From: Acidobacteriota bacterium
GTDB taxonomy: Bacteria; Acidobacteriota; Vicinamibacteria; Fen-336
Length of the DNA: 64,000 bases
Reading direction: 5' to 3'
Assembly: GCA_032127875.1 (NCBI GenBank)
Contig: JAQBHI010000051.1
Location: 7,674-71,673 of the forward strand
Position numbers and translations under genes: made by a program. This document shows positions 22,346 to 31,077 of this stretch, one piece after another. Every line of letters begins with the position of its first letter. Within the stretch, counting starts at the first letter, position 1. The notes under the pieces are model-generated. The model was not told where the DNA came from, did no database searches, and saw only the letters and a list, made by a program, of their open reading frames with translations.

Positions 22346-22708
22346 GTGAGCTACCAGATCCGCGGCGGCCACAGCGCCGAGTCGCTGCTCAGCGAGGACG
22401 ATTTCCCACAGAAGCGTGCGGGCTACATCCGCCACGCGCCGTGGGTGACGCCCTATGAACCCGATGAGCTGTACGCTGCCGGCGACTTCCCCACGCAGAG
22501 CCGGGGCGAGGACGGCCTGCCCACCTGGACCCGCGCGAACCGCTCCATCGAGAACACCGACATCGTGGCCTGGTACACCGTAGGCATGCATCATGTCGTG
22601 CGCGCCGAGGACTGGCCCGTGATGCCGGTCGCATGGCACGACTTCGAGATCCGTCCCTTGGACTTCTTCGCGCGCAATCCCGCGCTCGACCTGCCGCGCT
22701 CACGCTAG
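22346..22708 (+). pseudogene. C-terminal remnant of a copper amine oxidase (TynA/MaoA family)
   Basis: PWVTPYEPDELYAAGDFPTQS..GLPTW..IENTDIVAWYTVGMHHVVRAEDWPVMP..RPLDFFARNPALD matches the family C-terminus. The TPQ (NY[D/E]) and HxH regions are absent; the tRNA lies upstream. Confidence 0.85.
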
Positions 22709-22722
22709 CCCGGAGAGATTTC

Positions 22723-24591
22723 ATGTTCGCTTCTTTTCTGTTGTCGACGCTGCTCGCCGCCCCGCTCGCCGCGCGCCCCATCACGGTCGAAGTGGACGCG
22801 CGCGAAGCGGCGCGCCGCCTGTTCAGCGCGAAGCTGCGCATCCCCGCAGCGCCTGGGGCGCTCACGCTGGTCTACCCAGCATGGCTTCCGGGGGAACACG
22901 GACCGACGGGGCCGATCGCCGACCTCTCGGGCCTGCACTTCAGCGCCGGCGGCAAGCCACTCGCCTGGCGTCGCGACCCCGTGAACATGTTTGCCTTCCA
23001 CCTGGACGTTCCGACCGGGGCCGATGCCGTCGACGTCTCGCTCGAGTACCTCTCGCCGACCGAGGGTGGCCAGTTCACTGCGGGACCCTCAGCGACGCAA
23101 CAGCTTGCCGTGATCAGTTGGAACACGCTGCTGCTCTCGCCCGCGGGCAAGAGCTCCGACGAGCTGACGTACCAGGCGTCTTTGCATCTGCCCGACGGCT
23201 GGAAGTTCGGCGGGGCGCTGCCTCCGGCGAGCAGCGCCGCGGGCCGCGTCGAGTTCGAGCCCGTGTCCTTCACGACCCTGGTGGACGCCCCGGTGTTGGC
23301 GGGCGCCCATTTGCGCACGATCGAGCTCTCGGAGGGCCCGATCGCGCATCGCATCCACATCGCCGCCGACAGCGAGGCGGCACTTGCCGCACCGGATTCC
23401 GTGGTCGCCGGTTGGAAGCGCCTCGTGGCCGAGACCGGCGCTCATTTCGGCGCCCGCCCCTATCGCTCCTACGACTTCCTGCTGACGCTTTCCGATCACA
23501 CGGCGCACTTTGGCCTGGAGCATCACGAATCGAGCGACAACCGGATCCCGGAGCGCTCGCTCGTCGACGACAACGCGCGGCTGCTTCGCCTGGACCTGCT
23601 GCCCCACGAGATGACGCATTCGTGGAACGGCAAGTACAGGCGCCCCGCGGGCCTGATGCCGGGCAGCTTCGAGAAGCCGATGGCGGGCGAGCTGCTCTGG
23701 GTGTACGAGGGGCTGACGGACTACCTGGGCCGGGTGTTCGCGGCTCGCAGCGGAATCGCGACGCCGGCGGAGTTTCGCGAGAACCTCGCGCGCCTCGCGG
23801 CCGAGATGGCCGCGAACGGCGGGCGTTCCTGGCGCCCGACCGCCGACACCGCGGAGGGCGCCCAGGTGCTGTATCCTGCCCGGCCCGACTGGCGAGGCCG
23901 CCGCCGCAGCACTGACTTCTACCTCGAAGGCGCGCTGCTGTGGCTCGACGCCGACACGCTGATCCGCCGCTCTACGAATGGTGTCAAGAGCCTCGACGAT
24001 TTCTGCAAGCTCTTTCACGGTGGTGCGAGCGGCGCGCCGAAGGTGCTGCCCTACACGCTCGCCGACGTGACCGCGACGCTCGGCAAGGTGCTGCCCTACG
24101 AGTGGGCGGGCTTCTTCAAGGAACGCGTCTACTCCGTGCAGCCGCACGTCAACCTGGCCGGGATCGAGAACGCCGGCTTCAAGCTCGCGTTCCAGGAAGC
24201 CGTGCCGCCCATCACCAGGGCCCGCGAGGCGGTCGACGATCTACTCGATGCCCGCTTCTCGCTCGGCTTCATCGTGAAGGGGAAGGAGGGTCTCATCCCC
24301 GATGTACTACCGGACACGCCGGCCGACAAGGCCGGTGTCGGCCCGGGCATGAAGCTGGTCGCGGTCAACGGCCGCCGCTTCAGCCGCGAGGTGTTGCGCG
24401 ACGCCCTGCGCGAGACGAAGGCCAGCAAGTCGATCGAGCTGCTCCTGGACAACGGCGAGTTCTTCAGGACCTTCAAGATCGACTACGACGGCGGCGACCG
24501 CCACTCCATGCTCACGGCCGATCCGGCGAAACCCGACCTGTTGTCGCAGATCCTCAAGCCGCTGACCGCGGAGCCGCCAGCCGCGAAGTGA
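22723..24591 (+). CDS. Secreted M61 family (glycyl) aminopeptidase with C-terminal PDZ domain
   Basis: Signal peptide, YPAWLPGEH, GLEHHESS, HEMTHSWNGK (HExxH), LLWVYEGLTDY, PDZ-like C-terminus. Confidence 0.92.
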   Translation: MFASFLLSTLLAAPLAARPITVEVDAREAARRLFSAKLRIPAAPGALTLVYPAWLPGEHGPTGPIADLSGLHFSAGGKPLAWRRDPVNMFAFHLDVPTGADAVDVSLEYLSPTEGGQFTAGPSATQQLAVISWNTLLLSPAGKSSDELTYQASLHLPDGWKFGGALPPASSAAGRVEFEPVSFTTLVDAPVLAGAHLRTIELSEGPIAHRIHIAADSEAALAAPDSVVAGWKRLVAETGAHFGARPYRSYDFLLTLSDHTAHFGLEHHESSDNRIPERSLVDDNARLLRLDLLPHEMTHSWNGKYRRPAGLMPGSFEKPMAGELLWVYEGLTDYLGRVFAARSGIATPAEFRENLARLAAEMAANGGRSWRPTADTAEGAQVLYPARPDWRGRRRSTDFYLEGALLWLDADTLIRRSTNGVKSLDDFCKLFHGGASGAPKVLPYTLADVTATLGKVLPYEWAGFFKERVYSVQPHVNLAGIENAGFKLAFQEAVPPITRAREAVDDLLDARFSLGFIVKGKEGLIPDVLPDTPADKAGVGPGMKLVAVNGRRFSREVLRDALRETKASKSIELLLDNGEFFRTFKIDYDGGDRHSMLTADPAKPDLLSQILKPLTAEPPAAK

Positions 24592-25418
24592 GGGTCGCGA
24601 TCCAGGGCGAGCGCGGGGCTTTCAGTCACGAGGCGGCGCTCGTCGCCCTGGGCAAGGACGCTGGGGTCCTGGCGCGGCCTTCGTTCGATGCGCTGTTCGC
24701 GGCGGTCGTGGCGGGGGAGGCCGAGCGCGGCCTGCTGCCGATCGAGAATTCGCTCGCCGGCTCGATCCACGAGAACTACGATCGCCTGCAGGCCTCGCCG
24801 CTGCACATCGTGGGGGAGACCCAGCTTCGCATCCGGCACTGCCTGATCGTACGGCCCGGGGCGAGCGAGGCCGCGCTGCGGCGCGTGGCGTCGCATCCGG
24901 TGGCGCTCGCGCAATGCCGCCGCTTTTTCGCCGAGCGGCCACAGCTCGAAGCGGTGGCCGCCTACGACACGGCCGGCAGCGTTCTCGAGCTGATGCGCAG
25001 CGGGCAGGCGAGCGACGGCGCGATCGCCTCGGCCCTCGCAGCGTCGCTCTACGGCGGGTCGGTATTGATCGGCAGCCTCGAGGACGACCCGCAGAACTAC
25101 ACCCGCTTCCTGATCCTTGCTCGCGAGCCAGGTCCCGCCGAGGCCGCAACCAAGACGTCCATCGTCTTCACTCTCGACAACGTGCCGGGCGCGCTGCACA
25201 AGGCGATGGGCGCCTTCGCCTCGCGCGGCGTGGATCTTTCCAAGATCGAATCACGGCCGCTGCGTGGCCGTCCCTGGGAGTACGCCTTCTACATCGACAT
25301 CCTGGGCGACCCGCGCGGCGCTGCAGGCGAGGGGCTCGCGGAACTGCGCGGCCTGGCGCCGGAGTTGCGCGTGCTCGGCTCCTACCCCGACGGCCTGAAA
25401 CGGCCGGTCTCGGCGTAG
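24588..25418 (+). CDS. pheA: Monofunctional prephenate dehydratase with ACT domain
   Basis: VAIQGERGAFSHEAA, LPIENSLAG, SHPVALAQC, NYTRFL, KTSIVF, LSKIESRP. GTGA overlap with the M61 gene. Confidence 0.93.
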   Translation: MRVAIQGERGAFSHEAALVALGKDAGVLARPSFDALFAAVVAGEAERGLLPIENSLAGSIHENYDRLQASPLHIVGETQLRIRHCLIVRPGASEAALRRVASHPVALAQCRRFFAERPQLEAVAAYDTAGSVLELMRSGQASDGAIASALAASLYGGSVLIGSLEDDPQNYTRFLILAREPGPAEAATKTSIVFTLDNVPGALHKAMGAFASRGVDLSKIESRPLRGRPWEYAFYIDILGDPRGAAGEGLAELRGLAPELRVLGSYPDGLKRPVSA

Positions 25419-25450
25419 AATCGCCCGATTCCCTAAGGAGCCAACTCAAG

Positions 25451-26866
25451 ATGCGATCCCGTCTCGCCTGCGCCCTTGCCGTGCTGAGCCTTTCCGGGCC
25501 CGCCTTTGCGGCATCGCCTGCGCCCGAGTTGACGCAGGCCTTCTTTGCCGGACATCGCCAGAAGTTTGCGGCGAAACTGCCGGAGGGCGCGATTGCCATC
25601 GTCCGCACGGCGCCCGAGACGTCGGTCGAGACCTCGCCCGACCCCTATCGCCAGGACTCGGACTTCTGGTACCTCACGGGCTTCTCCGAAGCCGACGCGG
25701 TGGCGGTGATCCGGCCGGGTGCGGCCGAGGGCCAGCGTTATGTGCTGTTCGTTGGGCCGAAGGACCTCTCGAAAGAGCAGTGGACCGGTTGGCGCGCCGG
25801 CGTCGACGGCGCGAAGCAGGACTTCGGCGCCGAGCAGTCGTACTCGATCGAGGAGCTGTGGAAGAAGCTGCCGGAGCTGGCCGTGGGCGCGAAAGCGCTC
25901 TACTACAGCGACGGCGGCGACAGCGCCTTCCGCGACAAGCTGCTCGCAGCCTGGAACGCGGGCAACGCGAACGCCGCGCTGCCGCGGCCGATGGCCGACG
26001 CCGGGCCGATCGTTCACCAGCAACGTCTGATCAAGGATGCGACCGAGATCGCCCTGCTGCGCCGCGCTGCCGAGCTCTCGGTCGACGCTCATATCGCCGC
26101 GCTGCGCGAGGTGAAGCCGGGCCGCTACGAGTACAACCTGAAGGCCGTGATGGTCGCCGCGTGTCTCGCCGGTGGCGCCGGCCGCATGGCGTACCCGCCG
26201 ATCGTAGGCTCGGGCAGGAACTCGGTGATCCTGCACTACGAGCCGGCCGACAAGCGCATGGAAGCGGGCGGCATGATCGTCAACGACACGGCTTGCGAGT
26301 ATTCGATGTACGCGGCCGACGTCACGCGCAGCTACCCGGTGTCGGGCAAGTTCACGGCCGATCAGCGTGCGATCTACGACATCGTGCTGGCGGCGCAGAA
26401 GGCGGCGATCGCGGCTGTCAAGCCGGGCATCCCCTTCCACACCATGCACGGCAAGACCGATGAGGTGGTGGTCGACGGCCTGCTGCGCCTCGGGCTGCTC
26501 TCGGGCAACCGCGACGAGCTGATCAAGACCAGGGCTCACGCCAAGTTCTACCCGCACGGCTCCAGCCACTGGGTCGGGCTGAACGTCCACGACCCGGGCA
26601 GCTACGGAATTCCCGAGGGCGCCGATCGCGCCGAGCGCTATACCAAGGCGAGCACACTGCTGGAGCCGGGCATGCTCTTCACCGTGGAGCCGGGCATCTA
26701 CATCCCCGAGGGCTCGACGCCCGACAAGCGCTGGTGGAACATCGGTGTGCGCATCGAGGACGAGGTGCTGGTCACGGCCACGGGCGGTGAATGCCTCTCC
26801 TGTGGCGCGCCGCGCGAGGTCGCGGAGCTGGAGAAGGCGATCGCGGGCAAGCCCAGCGGCAAGTAG
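25451..26866 (+). CDS. pepP: Xaa-Pro aminopeptidase (M24B) with signal peptide
   Basis: YRQDSDFWYLTG, YAADVTRSYP, HGSSHWVGLNVHD, TVEPGIY, GVRIEDE. N-terminus MRSRLACALAVLSLSGPAFA; RBS AAGGAG. Confidence 0.9.
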   Translation: MRSRLACALAVLSLSGPAFAASPAPELTQAFFAGHRQKFAAKLPEGAIAIVRTAPETSVETSPDPYRQDSDFWYLTGFSEADAVAVIRPGAAEGQRYVLFVGPKDLSKEQWTGWRAGVDGAKQDFGAEQSYSIEELWKKLPELAVGAKALYYSDGGDSAFRDKLLAAWNAGNANAALPRPMADAGPIVHQQRLIKDATEIALLRRAAELSVDAHIAALREVKPGRYEYNLKAVMVAACLAGGAGRMAYPPIVGSGRNSVILHYEPADKRMEAGGMIVNDTACEYSMYAADVTRSYPVSGKFTADQRAIYDIVLAAQKAAIAAVKPGIPFHTMHGKTDEVVVDGLLRLGLLSGNRDELIKTRAHAKFYPHGSSHWVGLNVHDPGSYGIPEGADRAERYTKASTLLEPGMLFTVEPGIYIPEGSTPDKRWWNIGVRIEDEVLVTATGGECLSCGAPREVAELEKAIAGKPSGK

Positions 26867-26880
26867 CCGAAAGGCCGCCG

Positions 26881-26968
26881 ACAGCGAAGCGCCAGATTCA
26901 CTCTGGCGCGGAGCGACTCGGGGGAGAGCCCGAAGGGCGCGGGGGGTGCATGGTTCACTACCCCCCCG
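26881..26968 (+). repeat. Solitary REP-like element related to the 12.5-kb array
   Basis: CAGCGAA-GCGCCAGA-TTCAC-TCTGGCGC-GGAGCG followed by GCCC-GAA-GGGC and a CGGGGGGT..ACCCCCC hairpin. Same architecture as the minus strand of 12509-12587. Confidence 0.8.
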
Positions 26969-26974
26969 ACTTGC

Positions 26975-28000
26975 CTACCGGATATGCAGCCGGGTCTTCG
27001 TCGTCCGGCCGCGGATCCGCCGGCAGTGGTACCACGACGAGAGGTCGTTGATCGCCACCCAGCGCCGCTCTTCCTTGCGATAGTGCCAGTCCTTCTCGAC
27101 TTGATAGAAGACTTGCCGCCCCCGGCGTTCCAGGATGTTGGTGATCTCGTTGTCGTGGTGGTTCTCGTCGTCGTGGTCGGTGATGGCGCGCTGGCCCATC
27201 TCCGAGTAGACCAGGTTCAACTCCTGCAGCAGTTGATCGGTCTCGGGGTCCACGTCTTGGATACGCAGGCCGAGGCTGCGCGCCTCGCGGCTGGTGATCG
27301 GGTATTGGTGCGCCGGGTACGAGGAGTTGAGCCGCTCGGCGATGCGAGCTGCCTTCTTCTTGTCGCGCATGTGATAGCCGAGGATCTCGCGGCACAGCAT
27401 CAGAGACAGGCTGCTGGCGCGATCGAGCGCGCCGATCACGAGCGGGTGCAGGTAGCGGTACAGCTCCTGGTACGGGTTCACGCTGTCCTTGTCGCGCCCC
27501 ACCGTTTCCTTCCACAGCCGTATCACGCGATCCACCTCGTCGTTGCTCACGGAGACCAGGTTGTTGGTGTGGTCGACGGGGGAGAGGTCGTGCTCGAGCG
27601 AGGTGTCAACGGCCGTCAGGTACGACAAGGGACCCATCGCGATGGTGTCGGCGCCGAGTGCCAACATGGTCGCGGCGGAAGCACAGTTGAGCGGCGCCAC
27701 TACCGTCAGCCGCCTGGTGTGGCGGCGTAGCAGATGCACCAGCCGCAACGCCGCCATGCCGCTGCCACCGTCGGACTTCACGAGCAGCGTCAAATGCTGC
27801 TGTGGGCCGATCTCGCGCAGCACCTCCTGCATCGCCATCACGTCGTTGTCGCAGACCGAGCCGCCGGTGCTCATCCAATACGTGAGGAAGGTCCCGGACA
27901 CCCGCTCCTCGAGCCGGCTCAGCAGCCGCTGTGTCCTGGCGTACAGCAGCGGGGGTGTCTTCAACCGGCGTCGACGCTTGGCCACGCGCGGACTGTACAA
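26975..28000 (-). CDS. SDH-family ClpP-fold serine protease
   Basis: LLVKSDGGSGMAALR, APLNCASAATMLALGADTIAMGPLSYLTAVD (Ser, Asp), HQYPITSREA (His). Start may be GTG at 27988. Confidence 0.8.
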   Translation of the reverse strand: MYSPRVAKRRRRLKTPPLLYARTQRLLSRLEERVSGTFLTYWMSTGGSVCDNDVMAMQEVLREIGPQQHLTLLVKSDGGSGMAALRLVHLLRRHTRRLTVVAPLNCASAATMLALGADTIAMGPLSYLTAVDTSLEHDLSPVDHTNNLVSVSNDEVDRVIRLWKETVGRDKDSVNPYQELYRYLHPLVIGALDRASSLSLMLCREILGYHMRDKKKAARIAERLNSSYPAHQYPITSREARSLGLRIQDVDPETDQLLQELNLVYSEMGQRAITDHDDENHHDNEITNILERRGRQVFYQVEKDWHYRKEERRWVAINDLSSWYHCRRIRGRTTKTRLHIR

Positions 28001-28044
28001 CAGCCGCGGCCTCCAGTCGCCCGCGCCGGCCAGGCTGTTCTACG

Positions 28045-28431
28045 CTACTCGAGGCGTGCCCCGTGCTCCTCGAGCAGCTCCCTCAGCACCGATCGGTGAC
28101 AGCGCGCCTCGTCCGGACAGTAACAGCCCACCGCCAAAGACGTGCGCCGCGACAAGGCGGCCAGCAGCCTCAGCAGTCGCATCGCCGGAGGACGCTTCAT
28201 CTCGCTCCGGTAGCGTTTGGCGAAATTCCGCCAGGTCCGCGGGCTGTCCGCCTGGAGGGCGAAGCGGATGAGCGCCTCGGATGGCGCCAACTCCGGCAGC
28301 CACACGTCGTAGTAGTCGCGTGCTGCGTATTCAGTGCTTGGCACGCCGCGCGGCGGGCGTCGCACGGTGCCTACGCGCAGCCCCTCGCCGCGCATCCGAG
28401 GAGTGCCGAGCTGGACCACGCGGATCGCCAT
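28045..28431 (-). CDS. DUF488 (YeaO-like) protein
   Basis: MAIRVVQLG..GEGLRVGTVRRPPRGV..YYDVWLPELAPS..RYRSEM..GCYCPDEARCHRSVLRELL; ATG at 28431. Confidence 0.8.
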   Translation of the reverse strand: MAIRVVQLGTPRMRGEGLRVGTVRRPPRGVPSTEYAARDYYDVWLPELAPSEALIRFALQADSPRTWRNFAKRYRSEMKRPPAMRLLRLLAALSRRTSLAVGCYCPDEARCHRSVLRELLEEHGARLE

Positions 28432-28448
28432 TGGCCTTTGCGCCGACT

Positions 28449-28943
28449 CTACCTTGCGCCGCACAGTCGCGCGAGTGCGTGCTCGCGAAAGAACTCCAGC
28501 GCCGCAGGCTCGCGATGGGTCGCGTCGACGACGTGTTCGCCGAAAGCGGCGCCACCGCATGCGTAATAGCCGGCCGCGCCTCCGCCGATGGCAATCCGTC
28601 CGCCCGCCGCTCCGCCCAGGGCCAGGCCTCCGATGGCCAGCCCACCGACCGCGCCCAGCAGGCCGACAGACAGCCCGCCGAAGCTGACCAGACCGACTGC
28701 CAGACCACCGAAGGCAAAGACGCCCCTCGAGAGTCCAGCGAAGGCCAGAACGCCCGTAGCCAGATCCCCGATCGCCACGAGCCCTTTGGCGTGACCGCGC
28801 AGTTCGCCGCGCCCGAGATCCGGTCCCAGTGCGATGTCGTAGAAGGGAATGTCTCCAATGCCCCACGAGGCGCGCCTGCGGATGCCGCGCATCGGACCCA
28901 GTCCGCCCCTCATGGCAGAGACCTGTTTCTTGAGTTGGGCCAC
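28449..28943 (-). CDS. Glycine-rich repeat membrane protein
   Basis: PFYDIALGPD..HAKGLVAIGD then serial (A/F)xGG(L/x)AxG units. Upstream in-frame coiled segment LESREELEKR suggests the true start lies before 28943. Confidence 0.6.
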   Translation of the reverse strand: MAQLKKQVSAMRGGLGPMRGIRRRASWGIGDIPFYDIALGPDLGRGELRGHAKGLVAIGDLATGVLAFAGLSRGVFAFGGLAVGLVSFGGLSVGLLGAVGGLAIGGLALGGAAGGRIAIGGGAAGYYACGGAAFGEHVVDATHREPAALEFFREHALARLCGAR

Positions 28944-28986
28944 CCGCTTTTCGAGTTCCTCGCGACTTTCCAGCTTAGGCGCCGCC

Positions 28987-29385
28987 TCAACGGCGAGCGC
29001 GCGGGCGCTTGGTTCGCGGCGGCGCTCTTTTCGGCGGCGGTTTTCTTGCGGCCCCGGCCTTGATCACAAGGGACATGCCGTACTGAACACCGTGTCCCAC
29101 CCAACGCTCCAGATCGGGATCCGTTTCGAGCCCCGGCGCCGCAATGTACACGAAGCCCTTCATCGGCCTTCCGGTGAAGTCCATCGGGCGGGCGTGCGGT
29201 TGCCGGAGCAGCGCTTCGTAGGCCTCGGGTCCGACCCGAACCATCAGCGTGTCCTTCACGATCCCCACGCACATGTGGCCGCGAATCATGAAGGCGATGC
29301 CACCGAACATCTTCTTCTCGGAGACGTCGTGGCGGTCGTCGAGAATTCCGCGAATACGCTCGGCCAGTCCCTCGTCGTAGGCCAC
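28987..29385 (-). CDS. TfoX/Sxy N-terminal-domain protein with basic C-terminal tail
   Basis: MAYDEGLAERIR..EKKMFGGIAFMIRGHMCVGI..LMVRVGP..GRPMKGFVYI..DLERWV. Confidence 0.85.
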   Translation of the reverse strand: MAYDEGLAERIRGILDDRHDVSEKKMFGGIAFMIRGHMCVGIVKDTLMVRVGPEAYEALLRQPHARPMDFTGRPMKGFVYIAAPGLETDPDLERWVGHGVQYGMSLVIKAGAARKPPPKRAPPRTKRPRARR

Positions 29386-29506
29386 CTGGCTACCCCCGCG
29401 ATCCTCCCGCCTGGTCGCCGATCCACTCTACATCAAGATCAAGGCCCCGGCCCTGCTACCGCCGCTCCGGGCCGGGAGGACGCTCTGCCTCGTCCCAGGC
29501 GGCCGC

Positions 29507-29900
29507 CTAGGCTCGCAGCGTCCACAAAGCCAGGTCTGGCGCGGGCCAGTCCGGCCGGAAAAGCTCGAAGCGGAGCCAGCCGGGGCCGATCTCGCTCGCC
29601 GGAGGCACCGGTCGCCAGGGCTGTGACGCGCAGCGTCACGGGAAGGCGATAGCCCACGTTGCGCTGGCCCAGACCGAGCGCAAAGACTCTGCCCTTGGTG
29701 ATCAGCGCGACATACCGGCACTGCGCGAAGGAAGGACTGTAGGCGACCACGTCGCCGCAGCCTTCGCCTGATCGGGCTCCCGTGTCCGAGTGACAGGACG
29801 GTTGCTGCTGAGCCAGGTAGGCGGATGCGCCCGGGTTGCGCGCCGGATCGATCAGCGCTCCAAGACCTCCGCCGTCGACGTACCGCGGTTCGTGAGCCAT
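29507..29900 (-). pseudogene. Frameshifted small protein of unknown function (possibly TfoX/YjbR-like fold)
   Basis: Frame 1 gives ..VVAYSPSFAQCRYVALITKGRVFALGLGQRNVGYRLP..ALATGAS. A shifted frame from about 29598 continues EIGPGWLRFELFRPDWPAPDLALWTLRA to TAG (29509-29507), which reads more protein-like than the unshifted Arg/Ala/Pro tail. Confidence 0.45.
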
Positions 29901-30011
29901 GCGCAGACCGTTTCCGCCTCAGCCGCGATGCGCGTCATCACTGGCGACTCGCGTGCTGTCGAAGAACATCTTGGCGTGCTTCGCAGTGCGCCCCGCGGAG
30001 TAGGACCTTGG

Positions 30012-30686
30012 CTAGACGGCCAGCGGCTGGATGCAGTCAGGCGTTTCGTTGGCCGCGTTGTTCACGACCGAGCCGACGCGCACTGCGCTGAGCGTTTCCG
30101 GCGCACAAGGCCGCAGCAATTGGCGCAGGTTTCTCGCGTGCCGGTTGTCGGGATCCACCCAGGCGTTCCAGTCCGCAGCGGTCAGCAGCGCAGGCATGCG
30201 ATCGTGGATGGTTCGCATCAGGTCGTTGGGTTCGGTGGTGACGATCGCGCAGCTTCCGGCCTGCCCGGGCTCGCGGCCCGTCGCCGGCTCCCAGAGTCCG
30301 GCGAAGGCGAGCGGCTGGCCATCGGCGCGCCGGATCAGCCAGGCCTCGCGCTGTCCCGAAGGCCCCTTCCACTCGTAGAAGCCGTCGGCGGGAATCAGGC
30401 AGCGGCGCCGCTCGAAGGCCTCGCGAAACGCCGGCTTGTCGAGCAGCGATTCGGCGCGCGCGTTGATCAGCGGCGCGCCCTGGCGCGGTTCGCGCTGCCA
30501 TGCGGGGATCAGTCCCCAACGCATCAGCGTGAGCGACATGGGCGCCCCGGCCGGCACGCGCCGGATCACGGCGATAGCTTGGGTCGGCGCGATGTTGTAG
30601 CGCGGCGCGAGCTCGGGAGGCTCGTCGAGGCCGAAGACCTCGGCGAGGACCTCGCCCGGTGTCGTGAGTGTGAAGCGGCCGCACAT
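30012..30686 (-). CDS. SOS response-associated peptidase (SRAP/YedK/HMCES abasic-site crosslinking protein)
   Basis: MCGRF N-terminus (catalytic Cys2), RYNIAPTQ, MRWGLIP, INARAES, RCLIPADGFYEW, IHDRMP. Confidence 0.95.
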   Translation of the reverse strand: MCGRFTLTTPGEVLAEVFGLDEPPELAPRYNIAPTQAIAVIRRVPAGAPMSLTLMRWGLIPAWQREPRQGAPLINARAESLLDKPAFREAFERRRCLIPADGFYEWKGPSGQREAWLIRRADGQPLAFAGLWEPATGREPGQAGSCAIVTTEPNDLMRTIHDRMPALLTAADWNAWVDPDNRHARNLRQLLRPCAPETLSAVRVGSVVNNAANETPDCIQPLAV

Positions 30687-30726
30687 GACGCGAGGGATAT
30701 CCTACCGCCATGCTAGGATCGCGCCC

Positions 30727-31077
30727 ATGAGCCAGCATGCCCGATGTCTTGCCGCCGTGGCGCTGCTCATGGCAGCCTGCCACACTCCGGAACCCAAACT
30801 CACCCGCGACGACGTCAGCGCAGGCTTGCAGCAGGAAGCCAACAAGATGAAGGCCGACGGCGAGAACATGCCCGCCGTGGGCGTGAAGGCCGTTTGGAAC
30901 ATCGTTGCGGTCGACATCCGCGAACAGCCGGACCCGGCCCACCCCTTCGCCGGAACGGTGCGCTTCCGGATCGAATCCTCGGCCCATGCCCTCGAGGGCT
31001 CCGCTCCGCAGTCCTTCGAAAAAAAATTCGAGTATCTGTACGACGCCGCCTTGAAGCAGTGGCGTTTTCGACTCTAG
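30727..31077 (+). CDS. Small lipoprotein of unknown function
   Basis: Lipobox LLMAAC followed by a polar beta-rich domain; TAGGAT box 7 nt upstream of ATG. Confidence 0.7.
   Translation: MSQHARCLAAVALLMAACHTPEPKLTRDDVSAGLQQEANKMKADGENMPAVGVKAVWNIVAVDIREQPDPAHPFAGTVRFRIESSAHALEGSAPQSFEKKFEYLYDAALKQWRFRL

Noticed and set aside
29507-29509. Pyrrolysine/selenocysteine recoding at in-frame stops (29507 TAG, 63601 TAG)
   Set aside because: No pyl or sel machinery and no SECIS-like element were seen; simple mutation or ordinary termination is more parsimonious.
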